A stretch of DNA of 64,000 nucleotides from Epithemia pelagica (GCA_946965045.2 OX337228.1:5766001-5830000); one strand, 5' to 3'; positions 23,497 through 34,303 are shown, counted from the stretch's first letter. The notes: generated from the sequence alone by a model not told the origin. Numbers and translations are program-made.

Positions 23497-25340
23497 ATGG
23501 AAGATGAAGATGCGAGACACAAGAGGGAGGAGCAAGAGCGGCGTGCGAAACGAAAGGTGAGGAGGGACCAATCGAAGGACGGACCAATGGTCGATCCTCG
23601 TGATATAATAATGACATATACACACATGGTCTTTGGTGTTTCATGCTGACCATTCATGTCCATCCTCTTTTTGCCGGTCTTTACTTGTAGGCTCACAAAG
23701 CATTGAAATCGGATGCTCAAAAAGAAAAGGATCGACGTGGAAAAGAGTATCGACAAAAAATTTTGGAACAGCATGCGTCGGGACAACAAGACCATGCCGC
23801 CAAGAAACAAAAACTCATGACCGATGCTGCCGAGACAAGTGGCTCGTCTCAGTTTCAAAAACTATTTGAACAGAGAGCACAAGGCTTTCAGGTCGATTTT
23901 CGGTTTCGAAATGCACCACCTCGACCTCCCGTCGGTCCTTGCTTTGTGGGTCAAAGTCTCGAAGATGTGTTGTTGGAACATGCCCAACATTATCGGGCAT
24001 TGAACACGGTCGAAGTGTACCATCGATGGAGACTCCATAATGAAAGTGATCTCGGTGTTCCCTTGGCGCCTTCCGCAATGGATGTCAAATCCTACACAGC
24101 TGTCCCCAAGAATATGCCTTTACCAGTCCTTCATCCCGATGACGAAGCCCTATTGAACTGGAAGGGTCCTTTGGGAGACACGGCTGCCGAGGAACTCAAG
24201 TTGAAACGAGATCGGGCCCGTGCTGCCGCTCGAGCGGCTGCGGCCGGACGAAGTCTCCCGGCCCATACACTCTCCTCACCCGCCGTTCCGACTACGGCAT
24301 CCGCCGCTTCGGCCGGCAAGGACAAGAAACTCTTTTCGCGCGTTCTCAAAGAGGAAGGAGCCATGCCAACCTTTATGAAGAAAACCACCTATTTGTCGAA
24401 TGACTATTCCCGAAAAGTTCATGATTTCAAATCATTGGCGCAAACGAAACAACAACTTGCCAGAGATCTGGAGAAGAAACAGGCCGATATGGCCCAACGC
24501 AGGTCAGCGGCAGCAATCGTCAAATCGTTTGAAGAGAGTGCTTACCTCGTTCATCCTTCCAAGAAGGGGTTGAAACCGAAGAAAGTTTATTCGGTCCTGC
24601 CGGCAGTTGAGTATTGGAGTCTACCCTTTACACATTTGGTCATTGACAAAAAGCCAACTCTACCGGAAAGGCACACACAGTCGGACTTGCAAGAGAGTAT
24701 CGTTGCAAATGTCGAGAAACCAGATCAGAATGCACGAATGACCAGTGAGCTCTTTGTTCCCACCCGGCGGGAAGAAGAGGAATATCAAGACCGTTACGAA
24801 GCCGTTCAAACGTTTGATCTCGATGTGATTCCGCTTCGGGATGAAGATTCTCCATATGTTCACTTTTGTCTGGCCCTTGATCCAGAATCTGGAGTAGCGG
24901 GTTACATACCAATTTCCTCTCGGATCCAGCTCTCGACGGGGCGTCCCTCGAGGCCTGTCCTGCGTTCCATTCGGCAACGCCCCGAAACCACCGCTGAGCA
25001 AACGACACGAGAGATTCGCGTGGCAGAAATGGATTTGGACTTGGCAGAGAAGCACAATGTTGACCAAGATGATGATGACGACGATGATGATGATGATGAC
25101 TTGGGCTTTTCTTCGCGACCAGCAAATACCAGCGCTGACGCGAAAAATGACGATGGGGAAGACGACTTTGGAGATGACGACGATGATGATGATGATGACG
25201 ACGACGATTCGGGAGACGGTACGTATTTAGTGTTTTGCTTCGTATTTCGCAGCTTTCCAATTTCTAATAACTTGTTTGTGTTATTTGTGGTTTTAGAGGC
25301 GTTGTTTGGAGGCACGAACACGATTGTTGCAGAAAGTTGA
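23497..25340 (+). CDS. PAF1: RNA polymerase II-associated factor Paf1, 3 exons
   Basis: Exons 23497-23556, 23691-25218, 25297-25340. FRFRNAPPRPP, ESDLGVPL, LHPDDEALL, FMKKTTYLS, HPSKKGLKP; poly-Asp acidic C-terminus. Confidence 0.85.
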
Positions 25341-25917
25341 AAAGATAATAGCTCGGTAAAACAGTAAAAACTCGATGCGATTCTCGAAATATTCTCAATG
25401 CTTTTACTGTCATTGAGCTCAAATCCTCTTCGCAACGAAAGGACGAGCTTCGTGTCATGCAGGGCTGATGTTGGATTCTAGATCGAAAGATATAAGATTG
25501 GTTTTCAACTTCAAATATCTTGAGCAATAAGTCTTGCTAGGTAGTCCCTAAGCATCGCATGCCTGCACTCGTAGGTCGTATTATAAACGACAACACTACT
25601 TATTTGAATCAAACAACTACGTATGTATCCGCGGAACTGTTGCGATTTCTCTGTACGCATCGAGTCCGAGAAAGACGACACCACATACTAATCCCCGCAG
25701 TTTGAATGTCTCGACCAAAACCCATTCAAAACCACTCAAAAAACAACATCTGGAATGTCAACTACTGCAAGCGTTCCTTTTGCTTTTGGGTCGTCATTTT
25801 GGGTCCATCATTTTTGCATCCCGCAGCCTGTTACAACGTCCTAAATGGTATGTTCCCTACTTCCGTGAAGGCACATTTTCTGGTTTCTCCATCGACTCGA
25901 AGCAACCGACTTCCAAC

Positions 25918-27663
25918 CTAGTGGGCTTGAACCAGATTGTGGGACGGATCCCATGGAAGGAGATCAACATCTTTCTTTTCGATATCCATACCAATCGTCT
26001 CGTCAATGAGCCGGTACATGGTCTCTCGTTTGGGTTCCCGAAGAACTGCATACCAATCATTAGCTTTCTTTCGGCGTCGAGCATCTGCCAAATCAAGTAC
26101 AATGTCCTTGGATCCCTGCTCTTTTTCCTTTCTCTTTTTGACCTCTTCGTCCAGCATCTCACCGAGTTTTGCAAAATCCAGCAAGGCTCCGTTCTTGATC
26201 CATGGGAGGAGATCCACATCCTTTTCCTTAATATCCAAGGACTCCGTCTCGTTGACGACTTGCTTGAATGTATGTCGCTTGGGTCCAGAAAGACGAGTGT
26301 ACCATCGATAGGCACATTCCAAGGGAGAGTTACCTTGTGTGACAGGAGGAGGCCTCTGACTGCGGCGTTTGTACTGTATTTCATCTTTCAAGCGTTGTCG
26401 CTCTCGTTCTTCGATTCGAAGACGTTCGATTTCTTTTCGGCGGTTTCGAATGTCATTCATTTTGGAGTCATCGTCGTCGTCCAAAACAAACCGTTTAGTA
26501 GGATCCCATCGTAGCAAATCAGCATCATCGCTGATAAAGCCCTTGGAAGGATCGTTGCGAATGCGTTCCACGAATCTTTCTTTCGTTGGTTTGCCGAGAC
26601 CTTTCCACAAGGCCTTGACTTCTCGACGTCGAACTTCGGCGTCGATTTTCTCATGAAGCTTGGGGTAGTCCAGATCTTTCCCATTCTTCTTCCAAGGAAG
26701 CTCGTCAATGTCTGTTGGGAGAATCTCAAGACCCTCTGTCTCTCGAACGGCAGCTTTCATGGTGTCTCTCTTGGGCTGGGCAAGCATTTCAAAACAGCGA
26801 TAGGCTCGTTCGACCGGCGAATCTCCATCGGTGGTAGCCGGAGGGAGCTGGCGGCGAGCATCGAGCTCTTCTTGTCGCCGACGGCGTTCCGCATCTTCTT
26901 TGCGGCGGCGTTCGGCCTCTTCAGCTTCACGACGGAGGCGCTCTTCTTCTTCGCGACGACGACGTTCCGCTGCTAGACGCGCTTCCTCTTCGCGTCGGCG
27001 CCTCTCTTCTTCCTCTCGACGCCGACGTGCCTCTTCTTCAGCCCGACGACGACGCTCTTCTTCTTCTCGACGGCGTCGTTCCTCCTCGGCACGACGACGT
27101 GCTTCTTCTGCTTCACGACGGAGGCGCTCTTCTTCGAGGCGCTTGCGCTCCGCTTCCTTTCGACGACGTTCCGCCTCTTCAGCTTCTCTCCGGCGACGTT
27201 CAGCTTCTTCTGCTTCTCTACGAAGACGTTCCGCCTCCTCTGCTTCTCTTCTGCGACGTTCCGCTTCCTCAGCAGCTTTCCGGCGACGTTCTGCTTCTTC
27301 GGCAGCCTTTCGACGACGCGCTTCTTCGGCTGCTTTGCGGCGAGCCTCCTCTTCTTGTTCCGCTCTCAACATATCCTGGATCGCCTTGTCAGTATCAAAA
27401 TTCGATGTTCCATTTTGAAGCTTTTCATATTCCGCTCGATCAAGGCGCTGGTTGTGGTTCCACGGCAAAAGGTCGACATCCGCTTCCGTGATATCGATCC
27501 CCGGCGTGGTTCGAACGTGCTTGAGCATCATTTTGTAATTGGGCATGGCCCAGCGAGAATGCCATTGATAAGCACGGGCACGACGCACTTTCTTGGAGTT
27601 ATAGTCATCATCTTGAATGGTTTTGGTCGTCTCAAGACCTCCAACTCGACGGCGTTGTGTCAT
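25918..27663 (-). CDS. Uncharacterised protein: five ~45-50 aa 'DVDLLPW' repeats flanking a long E/R-rich single alpha-helix
   Basis: 581-aa ORF from aaccaccATG at 27663; repeats AYxWY..L..P.R.......D(V/I/A)D(L/E)L(P/R)W visible five times. Confidence 0.85.
   Translation of the reverse strand: MTQRRRVGGLETTKTIQDDDYNSKKVRRARAYQWHSRWAMPNYKMMLKHVRTTPGIDITEADVDLLPWNHNQRLDRAEYEKLQNGTSNFDTDKAIQDMLRAEQEEEARRKAAEEARRRKAAEEAERRRKAAEEAERRRREAEEAERLRREAEEAERRRREAEEAERRRKEAERKRLEEERLRREAEEARRRAEEERRRREEEERRRRAEEEARRRREEEERRRREEEARLAAERRRREEEERLRREAEEAERRRKEDAERRRRQEELDARRQLPPATTDGDSPVERAYRCFEMLAQPKRDTMKAAVRETEGLEILPTDIDELPWKKNGKDLDYPKLHEKIDAEVRRREVKALWKGLGKPTKERFVERIRNDPSKGFISDDADLLRWDPTKRFVLDDDDDSKMNDIRNRRKEIERLRIEERERQRLKDEIQYKRRSQRPPPVTQGNSPLECAYRWYTRLSGPKRHTFKQVVNETESLDIKEKDVDLLPWIKNGALLDFAKLGEMLDEEVKKRKEKEQGSKDIVLDLADARRRKKANDWYAVLREPKRETMYRLIDETIGMDIEKKDVDLLPWDPSHNLVQAH
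26845..27365 (-). repeat. Coding low-complexity repeat (EAEEAERRRR-like ~30-bp units; ER/K SAH region)
   Basis: Periodic cgacg/ctctt-rich DNA; translation is almost only E, R, A, K. Confidence 0.9.
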
Positions 27664-28108
27664 GGTGGTTCTACACACTCTCTTTGTTACTGCCACGGAG
27701 GAGGCAAATAATATTGACCGTCGAAACTCTCCCCAACCCCCAACCTGTCGTCGATCGATGGACGGTGATCTCTCCCAGATTCTACAAGGGCGCTACCATA
27801 CCAGCCTAGAACTACGGCAATTATAAGTTTTCGGAACTATCAAGTGTATGTTGGGCAAGATCAACACGATGGGCGCGAAGCGTTCGAAGCCAGCCCTACT
27901 GTTTTCGCCTATACCATTAAATGTTGAGAAGAGGAAATGGGGTATATGTAGTGTACGAAGATATGAGAGAATCGGGAATGATGTCTCGTTGGGCGGGAAT
28001 CCGATTATTGATTGGGCCTGGAAAAGCTTACGATTCTCACGGACCGCGCACGAACGGACTATACCAAATACCAAAGTTCAGAAAAGCTTCCACCGCATTC
28101 GGACTGTC

Positions 28109-28219
28109 CAAGAAACGGTCGCGGTATTGAGCGAGATTTTAGCGAAACATAGACCTCTAGGTTAGAGGATCCTAATAGTCACTCTTTTGAAATATGACTG
28201 GTATCATGACCGAATTTTG
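28109..28219 (+). repeat. 5' LTR (111 bp)
   Basis: caagaaacggtc...gaccgaattttg, identical to 34312-34422; preceded by TGTC (28105-28108). Confidence 0.95.
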
Positions 28220-28238
28220 GTTTATCAGACCCAATGAC
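28220..28238 (+). other. Putative primer-binding site (atypical)
   Basis: GTTTATCAGACCCAATGAC directly after the 5' LTR; position fits a PBS, cognate tRNA not identified. Confidence 0.5.
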
Positions 28239-28662
28239 TCTGAATCCGAAGGAAAAGCTAAGGCACAATGGGCCTGGGAAGGTCGTGAAATATCTAGATC
28301 GGACAGAAAAGGTCCATAATGATCTGCTCATGGAAGATTATAGTATATCTTCTACCCATCTTAGAATATGTTCAGCCTGCAACGGGGAGTGAACAAGATT
28401 GGGTTAGGGGTGCGGTCAGCTTATGCGCGCACCCTGGGCAATGGCGGACGCGCCACTCCTTGCCGTTGAAAGGAGAAGCCTGCCATGCGCCATGCGATAA
28501 TACAATATCACTTATGTGACGCTGGACGATAATGCAGCTGTGCACGCTTTCTACCTTCTGGATCGCCAGTGAATGAGGTCGTAAGAAAAGATGAAGTGCA
28601 ACACACTTCCGAATACCTGAAAGTCTGAAAGAGTCCCAAGATCTTAAGAAGAAACATCAACC

Positions 28663-30189
28663 ATGGCGATGCCCGCACCTCCTGCTCCTCCTGTTCCGCC
28701 GCCAGCACCTCTGACTGCTGCGCAACTTCTCACCCAAGTAAACGACTACTTCCAAAACGTTTTGATGATTGCGGACCAGGATGTTCGAGACGCCTTGAAT
28801 GGTCAAGGTCTCGTCTCTATCGGCGATTTCGAAGGTCTCACGGAAGATGACATCGCCGAAATCTGCAACAATGCCAGGAAGCCGGGTGGAACCATCCCGA
28901 ATCCAGCATATGATCCAGCTAACCCAGTTGCTGGAGTCCCTCAGACAATTACAAACCCCGGAGTCCTTGTTGGGCATGTGATTGAGAAGCGTCTGAAGAT
29001 GGTACGATACTACGTCCATCATCTCCAGAAAGTGTCGAGAACTTTTGATCCTGCTGCGAGTCATGCTAATTTACAAGGCTTACAGAATCTTTATCGTTTC
29101 AAGACGAGTGAGGACGAATATGACAACGATATTGACCTCCCCGAACGTCTCATTGCGGTTGAGAACATTCGAGTTGTCTTAGAAGATTTGGACAACTACT
29201 TGGAGCGAAAGAGGGGATGTACCGGAATCCCTTTAGCTGCCTACACTCGTGTGGTACAAGCAATTCCTCCTCTCAACCGCGATCCTGGGTATGCGACTCC
29301 AAGCATCTCAGCTGAACTAATCAGGCGTGCACCTCACAATGGTCCAACGGCTCTCACCGACAACGAAGCTGTTTGGGACGCTGTACGCCATGTTACCCAT
29401 GATGGCCCCGGATGGGGATGGGTACAGTCCTTTAGCCGAACTCGGAATGGTCGTCAAGCTTATTTGGCCTTGAAAAGCCATTATTTCGGAGACGCCTACC
29501 AGACGAGACTTCGTGCAAAGGCTGATCAAACATTGGAAACCAATTACTACGATGGCACCAAACGCCATTATACTTATGAAAAATACATTGAGTCCTTGCA
29601 GAGGGCTTTCACTGACTTGGAATCTACAGGAGAGTTCGTTAGCAATGAGAGAAAAGTTCGTGTACTAATGACAGGAGTGCACGATCCTCGGTTGGAGAGC
29701 GCCAAGAATACGATCTTGGCAACACCAGAACTGCGAGTGTCCTTTGAAGTTGCATCAAACTATATGGCAGAAGTCCTTGACAACAAGGTTTCCTATAGCG
29801 CAACGACGCGGAAAGCCAGAATCTCCGCTGTTCAAGTAAATTATAAGAAGAATGGAGGACAAGGTAATAACAAGAACAATAACAAGAACAAGAATGAAGA
29901 CAACAAGAATTTCAATCCGAATCGCTATTTCCCATTCACCCAATGGATTAAGCTCACTAAAGAGCAACAACAAATGGTTCGAAGCGTACGAGATGCGCAA
30001 AACAGCAGCACCAAGAAAAGGAGTGCATCTGCGATTCAGTCGTCTGGCAAGAAGAAACAGAAAAATGACGGTGGATCGACCACGACGACAGAAGACACAT
30101 CAAGTAGTGATGGAGAACAAAATGAAGAAAAGGAATTGGGAATTGGCGCCATCATGAGCCAAAGGAAGAAAGGAAAGAACCGTGTCTGA
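28663..30189 (+). CDS. gag: Retrotransposon Gag (508 aa)
   Basis: Pro-rich N-terminus, RNGRQAYLALKSHYFG and RYFPFTQWIKLTKEQ segments resembling diatom copia Gag; ends TGA 30187-30189. Confidence 0.9.
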   Translation: MAMPAPPAPPVPPPAPLTAAQLLTQVNDYFQNVLMIADQDVRDALNGQGLVSIGDFEGLTEDDIAEICNNARKPGGTIPNPAYDPANPVAGVPQTITNPGVLVGHVIEKRLKMVRYYVHHLQKVSRTFDPAASHANLQGLQNLYRFKTSEDEYDNDIDLPERLIAVENIRVVLEDLDNYLERKRGCTGIPLAAYTRVVQAIPPLNRDPGYATPSISAELIRRAPHNGPTALTDNEAVWDAVRHVTHDGPGWGWVQSFSRTRNGRQAYLALKSHYFGDAYQTRLRAKADQTLETNYYDGTKRHYTYEKYIESLQRAFTDLESTGEFVSNERKVRVLMTGVHDPRLESAKNTILATPELRVSFEVASNYMAEVLDNKVSYSATTRKARISAVQVNYKKNGGQGNNKNNNKNKNEDNKNFNPNRYFPFTQWIKLTKEQQQMVRSVRDAQNSSTKKRSASAIQSSGKKKQKNDGGSTTTTEDTSSSDGEQNEEKELGIGAIMSQRKKGKNRV

Positions 30190-33100
30190 CAATCTGTCAG
30201 TGCTGTTGTAAGTGAAATTGAAGCCGCGACGGCAACTTGTGAATTGGATAGTCATGCCGATACTTGTTGCTTGGGAAGTGTCTGTCTGAAATTATACGAA
30301 ACGGACAAAGCGGAAGTCAGTGGTTTCACAAACACACTTGGAAGTCTCAAGGAAACACCGATCATCACAGGTGTAGTAGCGTATGATGACCCAACAAGTG
30401 GAGAGACATATCTCCTATATTTTCACCAATCGTTGCACCTCCCAATGATGGACAAGTGCTTACTCAATCCAAACCAGATGAGAGAGGCAGGGATAAAGGT
30501 CAACGATGTTCCCCTCAAGTATTTGAAAGAAGAACAGAGGGAAACGGATTCCCACTCGATAGTGGCTCCAATAGAAGGAAAACAAGACGGTCTCGTGATT
30601 CCCTTTGACTTGGTTGGGGTCATTAGCAGTTTCACCGTCAGGAAACCCACTTGGGATGAAATCAACAATGTAGATCCGTCATACAAGATCAACATGACGA
30701 ACGAAGGCCCGGAATGGAACCCGAATGACTCGGCAAAAGATGTCGATGAAAGTAAACTCCGGGAAGGGCTTTCGGAAACAACATTGAGACGGGTAAAAGA
30801 TACTCGTCATCTCCATCAAAGAATGGCCCGAATGGTGCGAGTCAATTCGAGGACGATAGCAGATATTAGGCATCGTCGAAAGGGGACAATCGATCCCATG
30901 ACACTGTCATCAAGATGGGGAATTGGTCTCCCCATGGCAGAGAGAACGTGCGAGATGACGACGCAGCTCGGGATAAGAGATTTCTCGGACTCTGTCGGAA
31001 GCAAACGGCTTAAGCACACTGCGTATCAATTAAAGCACCGCAGACTGAGAGCAGATGTCTATACAGACACTCTCTTTTCAGATATCAAGTCCTTGGCACA
31101 AAACACTTGCGGACAAATTTATGCCACCAATTTTGGATGGGTACAGTTTTACCCAATGGCAAGAAAGAAAGACGCCCACACTACCTTGGAAAGGGTGTTC
31201 GATGATTTTGGAATCTTTAATAGTGTCATTCCGGATAATGCGCCGGAACTCACAAGCGGACAATTCAGAAAGACTGCTCATAAGTTTGGTTGTCGCATTC
31301 GGCCTATCGAGGCATGGACACCAAACCAGAACCTCGCCGAGGCCAACATCCGGGAAATAAAGAGGATGTATCGACGAGAGATGAGACGAACAAACTGTCC
31401 GGCTGTCTTATGGGACCATTGTCTTGAACTAATGGCAAAGAGGAGATCCCATACAGCCCTTTCGACAAATGCCCCAAATGATGGACCACCAATGAAGATC
31501 TTGACGGGCGATACTCCTGATATCTCCCATCTAGTGGAGCACAGGTGGTACGACCCGGTGTGGTATTCCAATCCGGGATTTGAAGGTCGAAAATTGGGAC
31601 GGTGGTTAGGGCCAAGTCACAGTGTTGGCCAAGCTATGAGCTCGAAGATATTGACTTCAAAAGGCAAGATAGTCCATAGGACATCAGTATGGCCTCTGTC
31701 AATCGAGAAATCACATGATGAATCCTTTGCAGCCCAGAAAGAGCAGTTCAATGACTCCCTAAAGGAGGCTCTTGGTGCAAGGATGGAAGGTCTTCCACCA
31801 GAAGAGGACGAGGAGCCTACAGAGGATAGTAATGCTACTCCGCATTATGAAGCCTACGAGGACGATGAACAGGGCGATGTGAGGAAACCAGAGATCGACG
31901 ACCACAAGGTCGACTCATACGATAAACTCATATCAGCTAAAGTGATGCTCCCCTTAGGGGACTCGTTAAGGCCGGGTCAAGTAAAGAGGCGAAAACGAGA
32001 TGCTGATGGAAACCTAATCGGCAAAGCATCATCAAACCCGATCTTGGATACCTCAATGTATGAGGTCGAGTTTCAGGACGGCCATGTGGAGTCTTATGCA
32101 GCAAATCTGATCGCGGAAAATATTTATGAGCAATTGGACGATGAGGGCAATAAATACCGCCTCATCGATCAAATCATTGATCATAAGAAGGACGCCACAG
32201 CCATTCCACTTTCGAATGGAACAATCATGCTCAATGGTAGAGAACATAAGAAGAGGACAACAAGGGGTTGGTCTCTGTGCGTCCAATGGAAGGACGGGTC
32301 AACAAGTTGGGAGTTCCTCAAAGACTTGAAGGAATCAAACCCGTTAGAGGTCGCCGAATATGCTGTGGCAAACCTCATCGACAAAGAACCTGCATTCGCG
32401 TGGTGGGTTGGTTTTGCATTACGGAGAAGAGACCGATTAATCAAGGCGGCCAAAACCACAAGATACATGCGGAAATGGCAGAAATATGGGATAGAGATCC
32501 CTAAAACAGTCGAACGTGCCTTGGAGATAGACAAAGAAACGGGGACGGATTATTGGGCCAAAGCACTTCGCCTGGAAATGTCCAAAATCTTTCCAGCCGT
32601 CAAGATACTTGATGAAGGAGCTCAACATCCCGTCGGCCATCAAATGATCCCTTGTCACATCGTATTTGATGTCAAGATGGATTTTACAAGAAAGGCTCGT
32701 TTTGTTGCTGGTGGTCACAAAACTCAAGAACCTGAAACTCCAACGTACGCCAGTGTAGTCTCTCGAGAAAGTGTACGTATCGGATTCCTCTTGGCAGCTC
32801 TCAATGGCATCGACGTAATTGCCGCAGATATCGCTGGCGCCTACCTTAATGCGCCTTGCCATGAGAAAATTTGTATGAAGTGTGGTTTGGAATTCGGCAA
32901 AGAATACGAAGGGCGATTCGCCATAATCACTAAGGCCTTGTATGGTCTCAAGACCAGTGCCTTTGCGTGGAGGGAACATTTATCCACCACACTACAAGAG
33001 TCCCTTGGTTTTAAACCGTGTCGAGCGGACCCAGATGTGTATTTGAGGGCGGCCACAAACAAGGACGGTTCGAAGTATTACGAGATGGTTTTCATTTATA

Positions 33101-34176
33101 TTGACGATGTTCTTGTGCTATCAAATAAAGGCCGAGACATCTTAAATATGATCGATCAACACTATCTACTGAAACCTGATTCGATTGGCCCACCAAAACT
33201 TTACTTGGGCAATCAGGTCGAAACGTTTGACATTGACGGGGACAGTTCCAAAAGGTGTTGGGCACTGAGCTCCAATCGTTATGCAAAGGAGGCTATTCGA
33301 AATGTGCAAACTTGGATGGACGCCCGTGGCATGCAATTCAAGACTCGGACGGTTGGAGTACTTCCTTCAAATTACAGACCAGAATTGGACACAAGTGCAT
33401 ACTGTGACCAGGAATGGATGACATTCTATCAACAGCAAATGGGCGTTCTCAGGTGGCTTGTTGAATTGGGTCGAATAGACATTACTGCAGAGGTCTCGAT
33501 GTTGGCGGCATTCTTGGCAGGACCAAGAGAAGGTCATGTCCACGCCATGTTACACGTGTTCGCATACATCAATACGCATGACCGATCAAGATTGGTCCTT
33601 GATCCCGATTACATCATGCATGGAGAAGAGCCGATGGCAGATTGGAGTGGGTTTTATCCTGATGCGAAGGAAGATATACCACCAGATGCTCCAGAACCAC
33701 TTGGAAAGGCCTTGCAAATGACAGCTTTCGTGGATTCAGACCATGCCGGTGATTTGGTCACCCGACGGTCAAGAACTGGAATCTTAATATTCTTGAACAG
33801 AGCCCCGATCAACTGGTATAGTAAGAAGCAAACCAGCGTCGAAACATCGACTTTTGGATCGGAATTCATGGCTTTGAAAGTTGGTATCGAGATGATCAAG
33901 GGCCTCAGATACAAATTGAGGATGATGGGAGTCCCCATCGAAGGGCATACCCACATTCGCGTTGACAATATGTCGGTGGTAGCGAACAGTTCCAAACCAG
34001 AGTCAACGTTGAGAAAGAAATCAAATGCCATCGCGTATCACTTTGTTCGTGAGAATGTTGCAAATGGGTCTTGTCGTATTGCTTTTGAACCATCTCGTAC
34101 TAACCTTGCTGACCTTTTGACGAAGATACAGACAGGTGCAGAGAGGACAAGACTGGCATCAATGATCTTATACTGA
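30190..34176 (+). CDS. pol: Retrotransposon Pol (protease, integrase, RT, RNase H), in frame with gag
   Basis: Protease ELDSHADTC; integrase PDNAPE...PNQNLAE; RT DIAGAYLNA, KALYGLK, YIDD; RNase H VDSDHAGD, STFGSEF, DNMSVV, NLADLLTK; no internal stops. Confidence 0.95.
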   Translation, partial: QSVSAVVSEIEAATATCELDSHADTCCLGSVCLKLYETDKAEVSGFTNTLGSLKETPIITGVVAYDDPTSGETYLLYFHQSLHLPMMDKCLLNPNQMREAGIKVNDVPLKYLKEEQRETDSHSIVAPIEGKQDGLVIPFDLVGVISSFTVRKPTWDEINNVDPSYKINMTNEGPEWNPNDSAKDVDESKLREGLSETTLRRVKDTRHLHQRMARMVRVNSRTIADIRHRRKGTIDPMTLSSRWGIGLPMAERTCEMTTQLGIRDFSDSVGSKRLKHTAYQLKHRRLRADVYTDTLFSDIKSLAQNTCGQIYATNFGWVQFYPMARKKDAHTTLERVFDDFGIFNSVIPDNAPELTSGQFRKTAHKFGCRIRPIEAWTPNQNLAEANIREIKRMYRREMRRTNCPAVLWDHCLELMAKRRSHTALSTNAPNDGPPMKILTGDTPDISHLVEHRWYDPVWYSNPGFEGRKLGRWLGPSHSVGQAMSSKILTSKGKIVHRTSVWPLSIEKSHDESFAAQKEQFNDSLKEALGARMEGLPPEEDEEPTEDSNATPHYEAYEDDEQGDVRKPEIDDHKVDSYDKLISAKVMLPLGDSLRPGQVKRRKRDADGNLIGKASSNPILDTSMYEVEFQDGHVESYAANLIAENIYEQLDDEGNKYRLIDQIIDHKKDATAIPLSNGTIMLNGREHKKRTTRGWSLCVQWKDGSTSWEFLKDLKESNPLEVAEYAVANLIDKEPAFAWWVGFALRRRDRLIKAAKTTRYMRKWQKYGIEIPKTVERALEIDKETGTDYWAKALRLEMSKIFPAVKILDEGAQHPVGHQMIPCHIVFDVKMDFTRKARFVAGGHKTQEPETPTYASVVSRESVRIGFLLAALNGIDVIAADIAGAYLNAPCHEKICMKCGLEFGKEYEGRFAIITKALYGLKTSAFAWREHLSTTLQESLGFKPCRADPDVYLRAATNKDGSKYYEMVFIYIDDVLVLSNKGRDILNMIDQHYLLKPDSIGPPKLYLGNQVETFDIDGDSSKRCWALSSNRYAKEAIRNVQTWMDARGMQFKTRTVGVLPSNYRPELDTSAYCDQEWMTFYQQQMGVLRWLVELGRIDITAEVSMLAAFLAGPREGHVHAMLHVFAYINTHDRSRLVLDPDYIMHGEEPMADWSGFYPDAKEDIPPDAPEPLGKALQMTAFVDSDHAGDLVTRRSRTGILIFLNRAPINWYSKKQTSVETSTFGSEFMALKVGIEMIKGLRYKLRMMGVPIEGHTHIRVDNMSVVANSSKPESTLRKKSNAIAYHFVRENVANGSCRIAFEPSRTNLADLLTKIQTGAERTRLASMILY

Positions 34177-34303
34177 GTACGTTTCCCACTGTAACAACAG
34201 GATCGGGTACGTCCTGCACTTGACAAGAGGCAAGCTTTAAGCAGGTTTAGGAGGAATGAATGATAGGGGACACGATTACCCCAGCAAATAGCCAGTGAAT
34301 CGC

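Noticed and set aside
25068-25207. GAT/GAC trinucleotide arrays (also CAT array 60580-60612)
   Set aside because: Ordinary coding poly-Asp and poly-His tracts; not CRISPR-like or mobile.
25702-26514. 270-aa + strand ORF
   Set aside because: Largely antisense to the repeat protein; no motif.
26831-27491. Arg/Ser-rich ORFs on the + strand (195 and 154 aa)
   Set aside because: Antisense shadows of the E/R repeat of the minus-strand gene.
28199-28206. TGGTATCA resembling an iMet PBS
   Set aside because: Lies inside the LTR (also present in the 3' copy), so it is not the PBS.
28236-28247. GACTCTGAATCC matching a tRNA-Gln(CUG) anticodon arm
   Set aside because: Sense orientation and no surrounding cloverleaf or A/B boxes; probably chance.
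29864-30200. Intron (AG/GTAATA donor to CTGTCAG acceptor) that would skip the gag stop
   Set aside because: The join is out of frame and hits TAA within three codons; other splice options remain testable by RNA-seq.
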